Shown here: positions 29,584 to 37,533 of the stretch, piece after piece
Layout of the letters: the number at the start of each line of letters is the position of its first letter
How positions within the stretch are numbered: position 1 is the first letter of the stretch
IMG/VR virus record: IMGVR_UViG_3300029286_001711
Strand: one strand, 5' to 3'
DNA length: 64,000 bases
From: a virus
Taxonomy: Duplodnaviria; Caudoviricetes
Notes under the pieces: generated by a model
Databases searched by the model: none
Seen by the model: the letters and a program-made list of their open reading frames with translations, nothing else
Told to the model about the DNA's origin: nothing
Program-made: the position numbers and the translations under genes

Positions 29584-29606
29584 TATTCAGGAAAACGGAA
29601 AGGGGT
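29584..29606 (+). repeat. partial copy of the GC-rich element
   Basis: ATTCAGGAAAACGGAAAGGGGT, similar to 32421 ATTCAGGAAAAAGGGGGT. Confidence 0.5.
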
Positions 29607-29607
29607 G

Positions 29608-29868
29608 TTAGGTCATTTGAAACCTTTTGGAAAAAGAACATCTAGGTTCGATTTGGGGTTTACTAGATATTACGTAGAAAGAACCACATTCAATATGGTT
29701 ATAATTTAGATTGATACTATGTAATGATGAACCGTCAGAAGTTTGTGGTGGTGTAATCATATTAACTTTATTATACGTAAGGTTACCTTCACCTTCAACA
29801 TAAGATTCATCAGTGATTTCATAGGTACCACCAGACCAAAATATTATATCGCCAACACGTAATCTCAT
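29608..29868 (-). CDS. small SH3-like protein
   Basis: MRLRVGDIIF; ends EPRCSFSKRFQMT. Confidence 0.65.
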   Translation of the reverse strand: MRLRVGDIIFWSGGTYEITDESYVEGEGNLTYNKVNMITPPQTSDGSSLHSINLNYNHIECGSFYVISSKPQIEPRCSFSKRFQMT

Positions 29869-29870
29869 AA

Positions 29871-30116
29871 CTATACAAATTTGAATTTTAAAATATTACC
29901 AGCCCATTTAGTAGGGCTAACAGCACCGATGACATAGTCGTTCCACCTCTCAACTCTAAAACATTTTTGAGGAACCATTGGGTTTTCAGGAAATGTAAAC
30001 CAAACACGGTTACCAACACCTCTTTCTTCTATTCTAGTTACTAAAATTGTATTACCGTGAAATCTAGATGAAATAGATCCGTGATCATTTAAACGATATG
30101 TTTTACCTATCTCCAT
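29871..30116 (-). CDS. small SH3-like protein
   Basis: MEIGKTYRL; ends PTKWAGNILKFKFV. Confidence 0.65.
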   Translation of the reverse strand: MEIGKTYRLNDHGSISSRFHGNTILVTRIEERGVGNRVWFTFPENPMVPQKCFRVERWNDYVIGAVSPTKWAGNILKFKFV

Positions 30117-30328
30117 TATTTTATATTGAGAATATGTTTAATTAAATCAACATCAATTTCTTCGGGTCTGTGTTTAACCAACTCAACACGTTTAATTCCG
30201 ACACCTAATAAATCGTCAAAACGTCCAATAGACCAACGACCATTAACTAAGAAAGCATATAAATCATCAATCTCACCTTGTTCATTAACAATAACATAAG
30301 GTTCAACTGGTATCCACTCAAAACCCAT
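30116..30328 (-). CDS. hypothetical protein
   Basis: 70 aa, TAATG-coupled. Confidence 0.55.
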   Translation of the reverse strand: MGFEWIPVEPYVIVNEQGEIDDLYAFLVNGRWSIGRFDDLLGVGIKRVELVKHRPEEIDVDLIKHILNIK

Positions 30329-30477
30329 TTTAGGATATATTTGAAATCTTGTTCGGTAACCAAACGATATTCATTAAGGCGAATGCCATTTCTAACCTTC
30401 TGTAAAAACCCACCCAAAGTTAACCCCTTGGTTAATAAATGTTTGGGTATGGGCACCATAATCAATTCATCATTCAT
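30247..30477 (-). CDS. hypothetical protein
   Basis: ATG 30477 just after TATCTTTG (30483-90); overlaps the next ORF by about 80 nt. Confidence 0.4.
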   Translation of the reverse strand: MNDELIMVPIPKHLLTKGLTLGGFLQKVRNGIRLNEYRLVTEQDFKYILKWVLSGYQLNLMLLLMNKVRLMIYMLS

Positions 30478-30527
30478 ATATACAAAGATAAACAAATTAG
30501 AAGAAATAGATAAATAAAAATTAGGAA

Positions 30528-32402
30528 TTACTTGATAGGTTTAACACCTTGATTTGTCATAACAAAATGACCACCGTCTTTAACACGAATCATATGGTGA
30601 ACAGGTAAACTATCGGCGAAGTAGATATCTTCTGTCCATAACTTAGTATCATGATAACATTCATCACCATCATCTGGGATAACTAATATACCCTTTTTAT
30701 ATAGTTCATCAATACATTTTCGATCACCTTGGGGTTCTCCACTACGATCTTGACCAATTATACATTCCCTAACCCCAGGGATATTGAAATAATCCCATAA
30801 CGTGATGTTTTCTGGATAGTAATGTCCTCTTCTTAATACAACCCATAAATTTTGATCTACGTTAGATGGTGGGGTAATGTCTCTAGCCCATTCAAACTCG
30901 TCTTCTTCAGATTCTTTAAGATTTTCTTGGGGTGGGGTTATATATTTAACTCTTAATATACCATCAGTTCCAATTGTAGAGGAACTTACTTCGAAATAAT
31001 TACCAGTTGATGCGGTTCTCCAATTATTAGGTCTATCTGATAATGAAGCTAACCATTCTAATATTATATTGTCAATCTCACCCGTACCATTCCCACTATA
31101 GACATCTCTTTTATAGGTAACTCGGTCAACTTTAAATTCCTCACCAGTTAAATTAAACAATAATTTTTTACTATCCCTAACTTCACCGTATAAGGCAATC
31201 TCATCACCTTTTACTAATGCATCTTTTTCCCATAAATAACCTAAAGTGATTGGTGTGTTAATCAATTGTTTAGCCCATTCAAAATCTTCTTCAGATTCAT
31301 ATAGTTTACTAAAGGCATCATCCGAACTCATCTTAGAAAACTCAAATTGACCTCTACTTAAATAAACCCACCTACCAGTTTCATTTAATCTAATATGAAA
31401 TACTACACCAAAGGTACATTCACCAGGTTTTATTTCGGTAATCTTTTTATATATACCACTTCTACCACTAATATCTAAAATTGTTCCAATTTGTTCCCAT
31501 GATGGGACATAAACATTGTCACCAACATGAATTGTTCTTACACCTTCAGATTCAAATAATCTATTAAAATTATCAATAGTTGTTTTAATATTATCATCTT
31601 TAATAAAATAAAATCCCCTATTTAAATCACCAATGAAATCATCCCATTCTAAAGAACCCTTAGCACCCTCCCATTTAATCTTAAGTTCTTCACCGTCATC
31701 ATCAACTATAGTATAAAAAATTCCAGTCTCCTCATATTCTGTAGGGTGATAAAACTGTAACCCAAGAATATCTTGAGTTCTTAAGAAACTGTAATCATTT
31801 TCAGATTCATATAATTGTTTATACAGGGTATCAAAAATTTCAGAAGTGGTTGTACCGTTAACATAATCCCAACCATCATAAAGTTCCCAATAATTTGGTG
31901 TGTCTTTCATTTCATGTTCAGCATCATTACCAGTACCCCAAGTTACACTTTTCCTAGAATCAATAAAAATAGTATTTAATTTAATAGAGGAATAACTTCT
32001 ACTGTTGAGTTTATTACCACTACTCCATTTAATACCAGGAAACATTTCTGTCAACCTATCGTAAATCATTTCTTCCTGTTCAGAAGTGGGACGGGGATCG
32101 AATTTTAAAATTATACCCCTTTCTTTTACTGCGTCATTAGATTCATTAATTGTTTCTTTTATAACGGAAGAAATATCAACAGTAGGCAAATCAGTTATAA
32201 TCCAAGTATCATTTATATAATTAAGAAAAGTTTCCACATCATAGTCAGCCATATCTTCACCTTTATAACGATGTGGCCAGTCAATAAAGACATGACCATC
32301 ATAATATGAGTGAATAAGATAATCCCATTTACGTTCACCATCTCTCTTAAGACGAAAGTGTAAACCGATCAAATAGGGGATATCATCAATGGTGTATTTC
32401 AT
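30528..32402 (-). CDS. linker-joined multidomain protein B (6 modules)
   Basis: ATG 32402 after TATTTAT; junctions TINES, QLYESEND, RLFESEG, FSKLYESEEDFEWAK, LKESEEDEFEWAR. Confidence 0.85.
   Translation of the reverse strand: MKYTIDDIPYLIGLHFRLKRDGERKWDYLIHSYYDGHVFIDWPHRYKGEDMADYDVETFLNYINDTWIITDLPTVDISSVIKETINESNDAVKERGIILKFDPRPTSEQEEMIYDRLTEMFPGIKWSSGNKLNSRSYSSIKLNTIFIDSRKSVTWGTGNDAEHEMKDTPNYWELYDGWDYVNGTTTSEIFDTLYKQLYESENDYSFLRTQDILGLQFYHPTEYEETGIFYTIVDDDGEELKIKWEGAKGSLEWDDFIGDLNRGFYFIKDDNIKTTIDNFNRLFESEGVRTIHVGDNVYVPSWEQIGTILDISGRSGIYKKITEIKPGECTFGVVFHIRLNETGRWVYLSRGQFEFSKMSSDDAFSKLYESEEDFEWAKQLINTPITLGYLWEKDALVKGDEIALYGEVRDSKKLLFNLTGEEFKVDRVTYKRDVYSGNGTGEIDNIILEWLASLSDRPNNWRTASTGNYFEVSSSTIGTDGILRVKYITPPQENLKESEEDEFEWARDITPPSNVDQNLWVVLRRGHYYPENITLWDYFNIPGVRECIIGQDRSGEPQGDRKCIDELYKKGILVIPDDGDECYHDTKLWTEDIYFADSLPVHHMIRVKDGGHFVMTNQGVKPIK
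30885..30922 (-). repeat. ESED-EW linker copy
   Basis: NLKESEEDEFEWAR. Confidence 0.85.
31270..31318 (-). repeat. ESED-EW linker copy
   Basis: AFSKLYESEEDFEWAK; 25/26 nt match to 29203-29228. Confidence 0.9.
31785..31840 (-). repeat. degenerate ESED linker copy
   Basis: IFDTLYKQLYESENDYSF. Confidence 0.7.
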
Positions 32403-32425
32403 TAACAATAAATATCAGAAATTCA

Positions 32426-32490
32426 GGAAAAAGGGGGTCGGGGGAAAACGGTACGGGATCCGGCTATGCGAAAATCAATCCACATCATTG
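32426..32490 (+). repeat. GC-rich element, copy A
   Basis: AAGGGGGTCGGGGG...ACGGGATCCG...GAAA...ATCCACAT; inverted homologue at 37381-37447. Confidence 0.7.
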
Positions 32491-32511
32491 TATTCGTAGT
32501 GAACACACTAA

Positions 32512-32769
32512 TTAGGATAAGGAAAATTTCTTTAGATGTGTAATAGGTTCAATACCAACATAAGAGAAATCAATATGTTTAAGCACAGAACGACCATTAT
32601 GATACATAAAGAAAGGTTGTCCATCACCATTAAGGACGAGAGAACCATCCTGATTATAAACTTCCATCGTACTTCTTGTAAGGATTTTAAAAATCTTTCC
32701 CTTTAATTCTTCCTTCAAAGATGAAGGCCCACTTTTAAATCGATATGTCTTACCAATAAGAATATTCAT
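32512..32769 (-). CDS. small SH3-like protein
   Basis: IGKTYRFK; ends EPITHLKKFSLS. Confidence 0.65.
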   Translation of the reverse strand: MNILIGKTYRFKSGPSSLKEELKGKIFKILTRSTMEVYNQDGSLVLNGDGQPFFMYHNGRSVLKHIDFSYVGIEPITHLKKFSLS

Positions 32770-33057
32770 TTATTGTTTTTTTAAAAAGTTAAATATTTTA
32801 AATCGATAATTAGGGATTTTAGTCATAGCAATCCATTTACCTATTACACTTCCACATATATAAACAATAATAACAGTATAGTTACCATTTAAGAGACCCT
32901 CTATAGAAAAATAGGTTGTGGATATACTAACCAAATTAATAAAAACTGTATTTAAAAGTAATGGGATAATTTTATTCTCGTAAGTATATTTAATCTCATA
33001 AGTTTTAAAAATATTAAATAAGACCTGTGAGATGAATATGAAAATATAGGTTAACAT
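32770..33057 (-). CDS. small multi-TM membrane protein (DUF2179/DUF5698-like)
   Basis: Three hydrophobic helices, YICGSVIG. Confidence 0.55.
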   Translation of the reverse strand: MLTYIFIFISQVLFNIFKTYEIKYTYENKIIPLLLNTVFINLVSISTTYFSIEGLLNGNYTVIIVYICGSVIGKWIAMTKIPNYRFKIFNFLKKQ

Positions 33058-33063
33058 AATGAA

Positions 33064-33378
33064 TTAATGTCTAGGTACAACAATCTCAACCTTCTGCTTG
33101 GGATGAATGGTATGAACATACTTAATAAGATTATCCGTTTGAACCTCAAAACTAAGTTGGGTAATCGATAACTCTTGAATGGGTTTGGCATGTTTACCAT
33201 GAGAAGGATTTAACTCAAACTCGGAGTGGTCATAGACAGCAACAGATTTATTACTATAGTAAATGGTGTCGTTCTTGGTAGACCATTTATGGTATTCTTC
33301 ACAAGTTAATTTTCCCTTGTATACTGAACAAGAGACGATGGACATAATAAGTCCAATTGATATTACTATTTTTTTCAT
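33064..33378 (-). CDS. putative lipoprotein
   Basis: Likely start 33378: MKKIVISIGLIMSIVSC (lipobox-like Cys). Confidence 0.6.
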   Translation of the reverse strand: MKKIVISIGLIMSIVSCSVYKGKLTCEEYHKWSTKNDTIYYSNKSVAVYDHSEFELNPSHGKHAKPIQELSITQLSFEVQTDNLIKYVHTIHPKQKVEIVVPRH

Positions 33379-33379
33379 A

Positions 33380-33619
33380 TTATATAAATTTAAAAACCAA
33401 TTTGGAATCACCCTGAATAATATCAGGTGCTTCACCTTGAACATAGATATCCCAAAACCCCTTGGGTAGGGTACGAATACGTGAAGTACCTATAACTTGA
33501 TAATGTACATTGATACGACCAATACCCGTAAGGTAAAATTCCTTATTGGCAAGAAGACCTATCTTATGGTTAGGGTTTTCCACCCTCTCCCTGAACTTAT
33601 ATCGTTTACCTATCTCCAT
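33380..33619 (-). CDS. small SH3-like protein
   Basis: MEIGKRYKF; ends PDIIQGDSKLVFKFI. Confidence 0.65.
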   Translation of the reverse strand: MEIGKRYKFRERVENPNHKIGLLANKEFYLTGIGRINVHYQVIGTSRIRTLPKGFWDIYVQGEAPDIIQGDSKLVFKFI

Positions 33620-33622
33620 ATC

Positions 33623-33835
33623 TTAATGTGTACCGTTAGTTAATGAAACCCCATGACGAAATCCCATAATGAAATCCCTAATTTCTTCCTCATTCATTTT
33701 GGGGAGTATGGAACCTAAAATAAATCCGACCTCATTACCGACATCCGATAAATCACCATTCTGATAGGGAACCTTGGTTAACCCAGCACCTAACTTATTT
33801 AAGACCTCTTGAAACTCTATCTCACGTTCTTGCAT
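33623..33835 (-). CDS. hypothetical protein
   Basis: 70 aa; TATCTTTG at 33935-42 upstream. Confidence 0.6.
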   Translation of the reverse strand: MQEREIEFQEVLNKLGAGLTKVPYQNGDLSDVGNEVGFILGSILPKMNEEEIRDFIMGFRHGVSLTNGTH

Positions 33836-33959
33836 ATAGAAAAGACTATACTTAGTTTTAAATTCCTTATAGGTGGAATTGGATAACTCGAATGTTTTTT
33901 AGTCCCTTACATTCTGAACCATAAACCTTATATACAAAGATACGAAAATTATTTTATTG

Positions 33960-34180
33960 AGACCACTTTTTTGGGAAAAATTTTCCCGAAATTTTTTTTG
34001 GGTTTTTGACCCTATATAGAGTAGAACGCTATTTTCAGAAATTTTTACCCCAAAATTTTTTTACACTTTTGATCTGAAAACGTATCCGAACCCCCCTATT
34101 GGGGGCTCCCCACGTCCCGGCCAGGGGGAGGGGGGATATGCGCAGGGGGGAGGGGGCCATGGTATGGGGACCCTGCCAGC
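33960..34180. other. non-coding A/T-tract block followed by a GC/G-run island (G-quadruplex potential)
   Basis: GGGAAAA-A-TTTTCCC (33973-87), long A/T tracts, CCCCCC-TATT-GGGGG (34091-105), GGGGG-A-GGGGGG-ATATGCGCA-GGGGGG-A-GGGGG (34124-56). Confidence 0.75.
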
Positions 34181-34203
34181 CTGACATCTTGTCTGTATAT
34201 TTC

Positions 34204-34395
34204 TTACGTTCGCCTCAATAGTCTACTATTAATTGGTTTGGCCGATGTCCCAGTGAACTTCGGCTTATTGTACTGCTTCATCCTCTCCATAAACTCTTTC
34301 CTCTTCCTCTCTCTGTTGTCCATCACCTTCACGATGACAGCTGATACGATTAGGATTGTACCTACTGAGATTCCTACTATAACATTCGCTTCCAT
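34204..34395 (-). CDS. small single-TM protein
   Basis: VIVGISVGTILIVSAVIV plus basic tail; promoter TTTG/20 nt/TATCTTTG at 34412-43. Confidence 0.6.
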   Translation of the reverse strand: MEANVIVGISVGTILIVSAVIVKVMDNRERKRKEFMERMKQYNKPKFTGTSAKPINSRLLRRT

Positions 34396-34484
34396 ATTAT
34401 TATCTTTAATACAAAGATAAACAATTCATTTGATATAGACAAATCTATTTGCTATGTTGTTATGTCTATCTTAGTCGTTGGAGA

Positions 34485-34754
34485 TTACATAGTCGTTGAG
34501 AATGTTAATGGTCTTAAGTGTTTGATTGGTTCTATACTTTCTTCCCGTATAGATAGTACACCTCTCTCTAGCCAACCCTCTATGTCATCATCATAAACCC
34601 AGATGGTCTTACCTGATGTCTTACCCTTAAGGAAGTACTTGTGTCTAATGAATGGTACATCACCTAGTCTATAGACTCTATCAGCCACTTTGTCTATGAC
34701 GGTCATGTAGCTATCATGTCTCATGTTATTAAACCTATCTCCTATTTGATACAT
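34485..34754 (-). CDS. small SH3-like protein
   Basis: MYQIGDRF; ends EPIKHLRPLTFSTTM. Confidence 0.65.
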   Translation of the reverse strand: MYQIGDRFNNMRHDSYMTVIDKVADRVYRLGDVPFIRHKYFLKGKTSGKTIWVYDDDIEGWLERGVLSIREESIEPIKHLRPLTFSTTM

Positions 34755-34854
34755 TCTTCTTCCTGCTCTTCTTAATCTCGTTAACTAGTATGGTGATTGA
34801 TGTGACAGCCAATCCTATACCAAAACAAAACCCCATAACATCTTTTATAATCAT
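34735..34854 (-). CDS. 39 aa single-TM peptide
   Basis: My translation MIIKDVMGFCFGIGLAVTSITILVNEIKKSRKKNVSNRR; TATCTTTA just upstream. Confidence 0.45.
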   Translation of the reverse strand: MIIKDVMGFCFGIGLAVTSITILVNEIKKSRKKNVSNRR

Positions 34855-34997
34855 ACGATAAAGATAACCATTTTATTTGGTAGTGTCAAAAGTATTATGT
34901 ACATTTGTATTGTTGATGGCCATCAGCGTGAGAGTACCAGAGTCGATTGGAGACAGCGCCAAGTGTGCCTTATATTTTCCTATTGCGGAAAATATTA

Positions 34998-35029
34998 TTT
35001 GTTTTTTAATTATATTATCCGTATCTTTG
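34998..35029 (+). promoter_or_regulatory. Bacteroidota primary-sigma-type promoter
   Basis: TTTG (34998-35001), 20 nt spacer, TATCTTTG (35022-29). Confidence 0.7.
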
Positions 35030-35127
35030 TATTATATGGGAATGACATTTAGAGTCGATGATAAACAATCGTTTTAATGTTTTTTACACTTTGTTATACA
35101 CAGTATTAATTTATAAAATATAAACAA

Positions 35128-35295
35128 ATGGAATCAGTAAAAGAATTTATCACAGAAACAAAAACAGAAATAAAAAACGGTGTTAAATACACCACACATT
35201 TTGTTAATAGACCTATTAGACAAGGCGACACACAAGGTGGTTCTGTTGGTACGTGTATTAACGGAATAAACAAAACAACGGAAATCATAAATTAA
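35128..35295 (+). CDS. 55 aa hypothetical protein
   Basis: My translation MESVKEFITETKTEIKNGVKYTTHFVNRPIRQGDTQGG...; A-rich leader, downstream of the 35022 promoter. Confidence 0.5.
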   Translation: MESVKEFITETKTEIKNGVKYTTHFVNRPIRQGDTQGGSVGTCINGINKTTEIIN

Positions 35296-35535
35296 TATTG
35301 TGTATAACTACTAGATTAACGCAATAGACATAACAAATAAAAAAAATAACAAGGTGTATCAATGCCTACATATAAAAAAGTGAAGAAGAAGTATGTCAGC
35401 GTATTTAGGTGTTGTAGTTTCATTGACTTGGCTGGTTTTAATACTTTCCTACCAACTAGAAAACGTACACTTGTTATAAAAAATTAACCCATAAAAATAG
35501 TTGATAGTATAAAATAAAATTCTTATATTTGTAGT

Positions 35536-35634
35536 ATGGAAATATTAAGTTTAGAAACAGGAGTATTAGTAATGGTGGGCGTTTGTATCACCCTATTAGT
35601 ATGGCTATTACGCAGAGTCGCTAAGATGAGTTAA
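35536..35634 (+). CDS. 32 aa single-TM peptide
   Basis: MEILSLETGVLVMVGVCITLLVWLLRRVAKMS; TTG/20 nt/TATATTTG (35501-31) directly upstream. Confidence 0.5.
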   Translation: MEILSLETGVLVMVGVCITLLVWLLRRVAKMS

Positions 35635-35932
35635 ACATGGGTTACGGTACACCCTATTTTCCCACTCTCTGTCCCTTCTCTCCAGGGAATTCCCCATTCG
35701 CTGCCGTAAAATTTGAGTCATAACTCGCAAGAGGGTCAGTTCCCTTTACGGTTTCCTTACATAATCAACCATTTCCTATTGTCTTTTCTATACGTGGCAA
35801 TCTCTTCATATACACAATCCACCACTTTTCCCCATTATTTACCACCGAGTATTCCAAGATCGAGAAATTTATACTAATTGGCAGCGGGCGTTGCCTATTG
35901 TATGGATCTACATCTTCCACACATTTACTGAA

Positions 35933-36154
35933 TTAAGATCGTAATAGAGTAGGGTTTATGGTACGTAGTAATGTCGGTTCAAAACATTCTTCCATATTTT
36001 CCTTCCATATCCAGAGTATTCTGTTCCCCCTTTCCAATATATCAACACACTCTCGTTCCCAGGCAATATATCTATATACCTCATAGACTTTTCCTATACG
36101 GAAATTCTTTGTATAATCAATCTTAGGAATCTTCTTACAAATTACTCTTTCCAT
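35933..36154 (-). CDS. small SH3-like protein
   Basis: FRIGKVYEV; ends EPTLLRTINPTLLRS. Confidence 0.55.
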   Translation of the reverse strand: MERVICKKIPKIDYTKNFRIGKVYEVYRYIAWERECVDILERGNRILWIWKENMEECFEPTLLRTINPTLLRS

Positions 36155-36528
36155 TACTTCATGTTCTTTGTTACCATCTCCAATGTATATAAGTTCTCAT
36201 TGTCCTTTTTGGTTCTGTTCTTTTTATTCTTAAGTAATTCAATCTCTTTCATTAATTCCAACTTTTGATTACTTACCTTTACTTCAGGTTTCTCAATGAA
36301 TGAATGTTCTATTGTCTTTACTGGTCTGTCTACATAGACTATCTTTTCCTTATAGACAATTTTCTCTACAGGGATTTCCTTATTTACTATCTTATCTTTG
36401 TAGACAATTTTATCCTTATAGATAATCTTATTCTTACCGATTGGTTTACTCTCTGCTGATAGAGATTTCATTACTAAGAATTGTATTACGTTGAGAACTA
36501 TTGAACCTATTATTATCATTTCTATCAT
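36154..36528 (-). CDS. membrane-anchored protein with KIVYK repeats
   Basis: N-terminal TM, then KIIYKDKIVYKDKIVNKEIPVEKIVYKEKIVY; TATCTTTG at 36533-40. Confidence 0.65.
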   Translation of the reverse strand: MIEMIIIGSIVLNVIQFLVMKSLSAESKPIGKNKIIYKDKIVYKDKIVNKEIPVEKIVYKEKIVYVDRPVKTIEHSFIEKPEVKVSNQKLELMKEIELLKNKKNRTKKDNENLYTLEMVTKNMK

Positions 36529-36546
36529 AATACAAAGATAGGGAAT

Positions 36547-36771
36547 TTATTCCTCATTTCCTATTCTATAATCTATTCTACACCAGTAGTATTTCTCCAA
36601 TGTACTAACATTAAATCCCCTTTCCAATATCATCTTACCAACCAGACTCCATCCTTGTTCTCTCTCTATATAATTTAGTATTGTATTTATAAACTCCATA
36701 GTTACATGTTCATATATTTTAGACCTTTGTTCTTTCTTACTAAAACTATGTCTCTTTAATTTGAATTCCAT
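36547..36771 (-). CDS. hypothetical protein (MEFKLKRH start)
   Basis: Likely ATG 36771 within the junction motif. Confidence 0.55.
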   Translation of the reverse strand: MEFKLKRHSFSKKEQRSKIYEHVTMEFINTILNYIEREQGWSLVGKMILERGFNVSTLEKYYWCRIDYRIGNEE

Positions 36772-36773
36772 TT

Positions 36774-36980
36774 CTAATTGTATTCTACTACACATCTTAC
36801 TTTCTCATTATAGAGTGCTGGACATTCTCCTGTATAAGTTTCTATTCTAAAATCTATTACATTATATCCTCTTACTATCATGGTCTTAATCCAATCCAAA
36901 GATTCTCTATGTGTTATATCTTCACATGTAACAGAATAAATTTTTCTTATACTATGTTTCTTCAGATTCTTTTTAATCAT
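36774..36980 (-). CDS. hypothetical protein
   Basis: 68 aa, bounded by junction motifs. Confidence 0.55.
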   Translation of the reverse strand: MIKKNLKKHSIRKIYSVTCEDITHRESLDWIKTMIVRGYNVIDFRIETYTGECPALYNEKVRCVVEYN

Positions 36981-37264
36981 TTCCTATTGTAATTTTCTAA
37001 AAACTTATTTGATGTCATATCTACGTATTCTTCCACTGTCATGAATTTGATATCTTTTATCTCTTCATTTTGTATTACCCTTTCTACTGGTTGACAACAC
37101 TCATAACAGTCTGTCTTTATTGAATAATCTACTACTGCATCATATCCACAATGATGTCCTATATCAGTTAGGAAATCTTTCTTACAGTGTGGACATTCTG
37201 TTTGTACACAAATTAATACAATACCTTTACCACGTTTTAGTGCCTCTTGTAAATTATCTTCCAT
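36977..37264 (-). CDS. Zn-ribbon-like protein
   Basis: CPHC...CYEC. Confidence 0.6.
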   Translation of the reverse strand: MEDNLQEALKRGKGIVLICVQTECPHCKKDFLTDIGHHCGYDAVVDYSIKTDCYECCQPVERVIQNEEIKDIKFMTVEEYVDMTSNKFLENYNRK

Positions 37265-37267
37265 TTC

Positions 37268-37366
37268 TTATCTTATTCTTAATCTCTTTATGTATGGTAA
37301 TGGTTCCATAACTTCTTTAACCCATTTCTTATAGAAACTTCCTTTGGTTCTACAAATATAATGAAT
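37268..37366 (-). pseudogene. start-less fragment homologous to 37822..38019
   Basis: IHYICRTKGSFYKKWVKEVMEPLPYIKRLRIR* versus FVYYCEMDGRFYDRWIKEDIKPIQYIEKFKLQ*. Confidence 0.5.
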
Positions 37367-37380
37367 TTATCTCTTATTAT

Positions 37381-37447
37381 CCATTATGTGGATAATATTT
37401 CCGATCAACGGATCCCGTCCACAATCCCCGACCCCTTTCTTTCCGAC
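37381..37447 (-). repeat. GC-rich element, copy B (inverted), containing TTATCCACA
   Basis: Minus strand AAAGGGGTCGGGG...ACGGGATCCG...GAAA...TTATCCACAT. Confidence 0.7.
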
Positions 37448-37452
37448 CGTTC

Positions 37453-37530
37453 CTATTGTAATTCTAATGGATTAATACTTAGTAGTAAGTCCATCATTTC
37501 TTCCTGTGTTAATAATATTGCTGTTCCCAT
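37453..37530 (-). CDS. 25 aa micro-ORF bounded by junction motifs
   Basis: MGTAILLTQEEMMDLLLSINPLELQ*. Confidence 0.4.
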   Translation of the reverse strand: MGTAILLTQEEMMDLLLSINPLELQ

Positions 37531-37533
37531 TTC

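Noticed and set aside
34877-35077. Plus-strand 66 aa ORF, or a structured RNA in the GC-richer 34920-34970 stretch
   Set aside because: It overlaps promoter elements, has no recognisable protein features, and I could find no convincing tRNA or riboswitch fold by eye.
35640-35760. tRNA or hammerhead ribozyme
   Set aside because: No T-loop GTTC(G)A or cloverleaf, and the hammerhead core is absent; kept only as a low-interest structured segment.
36300-36440. KIVYK repeats as a novel repeat system
   Set aside because: A low-complexity stalk in a single membrane-anchored protein; a common pattern.
37387-37395. DnaA box as a bacterial oriC, making the window chromosomal
   Set aside because: Only one perfect box, no housekeeping gene context, and the gene content is phage-like.
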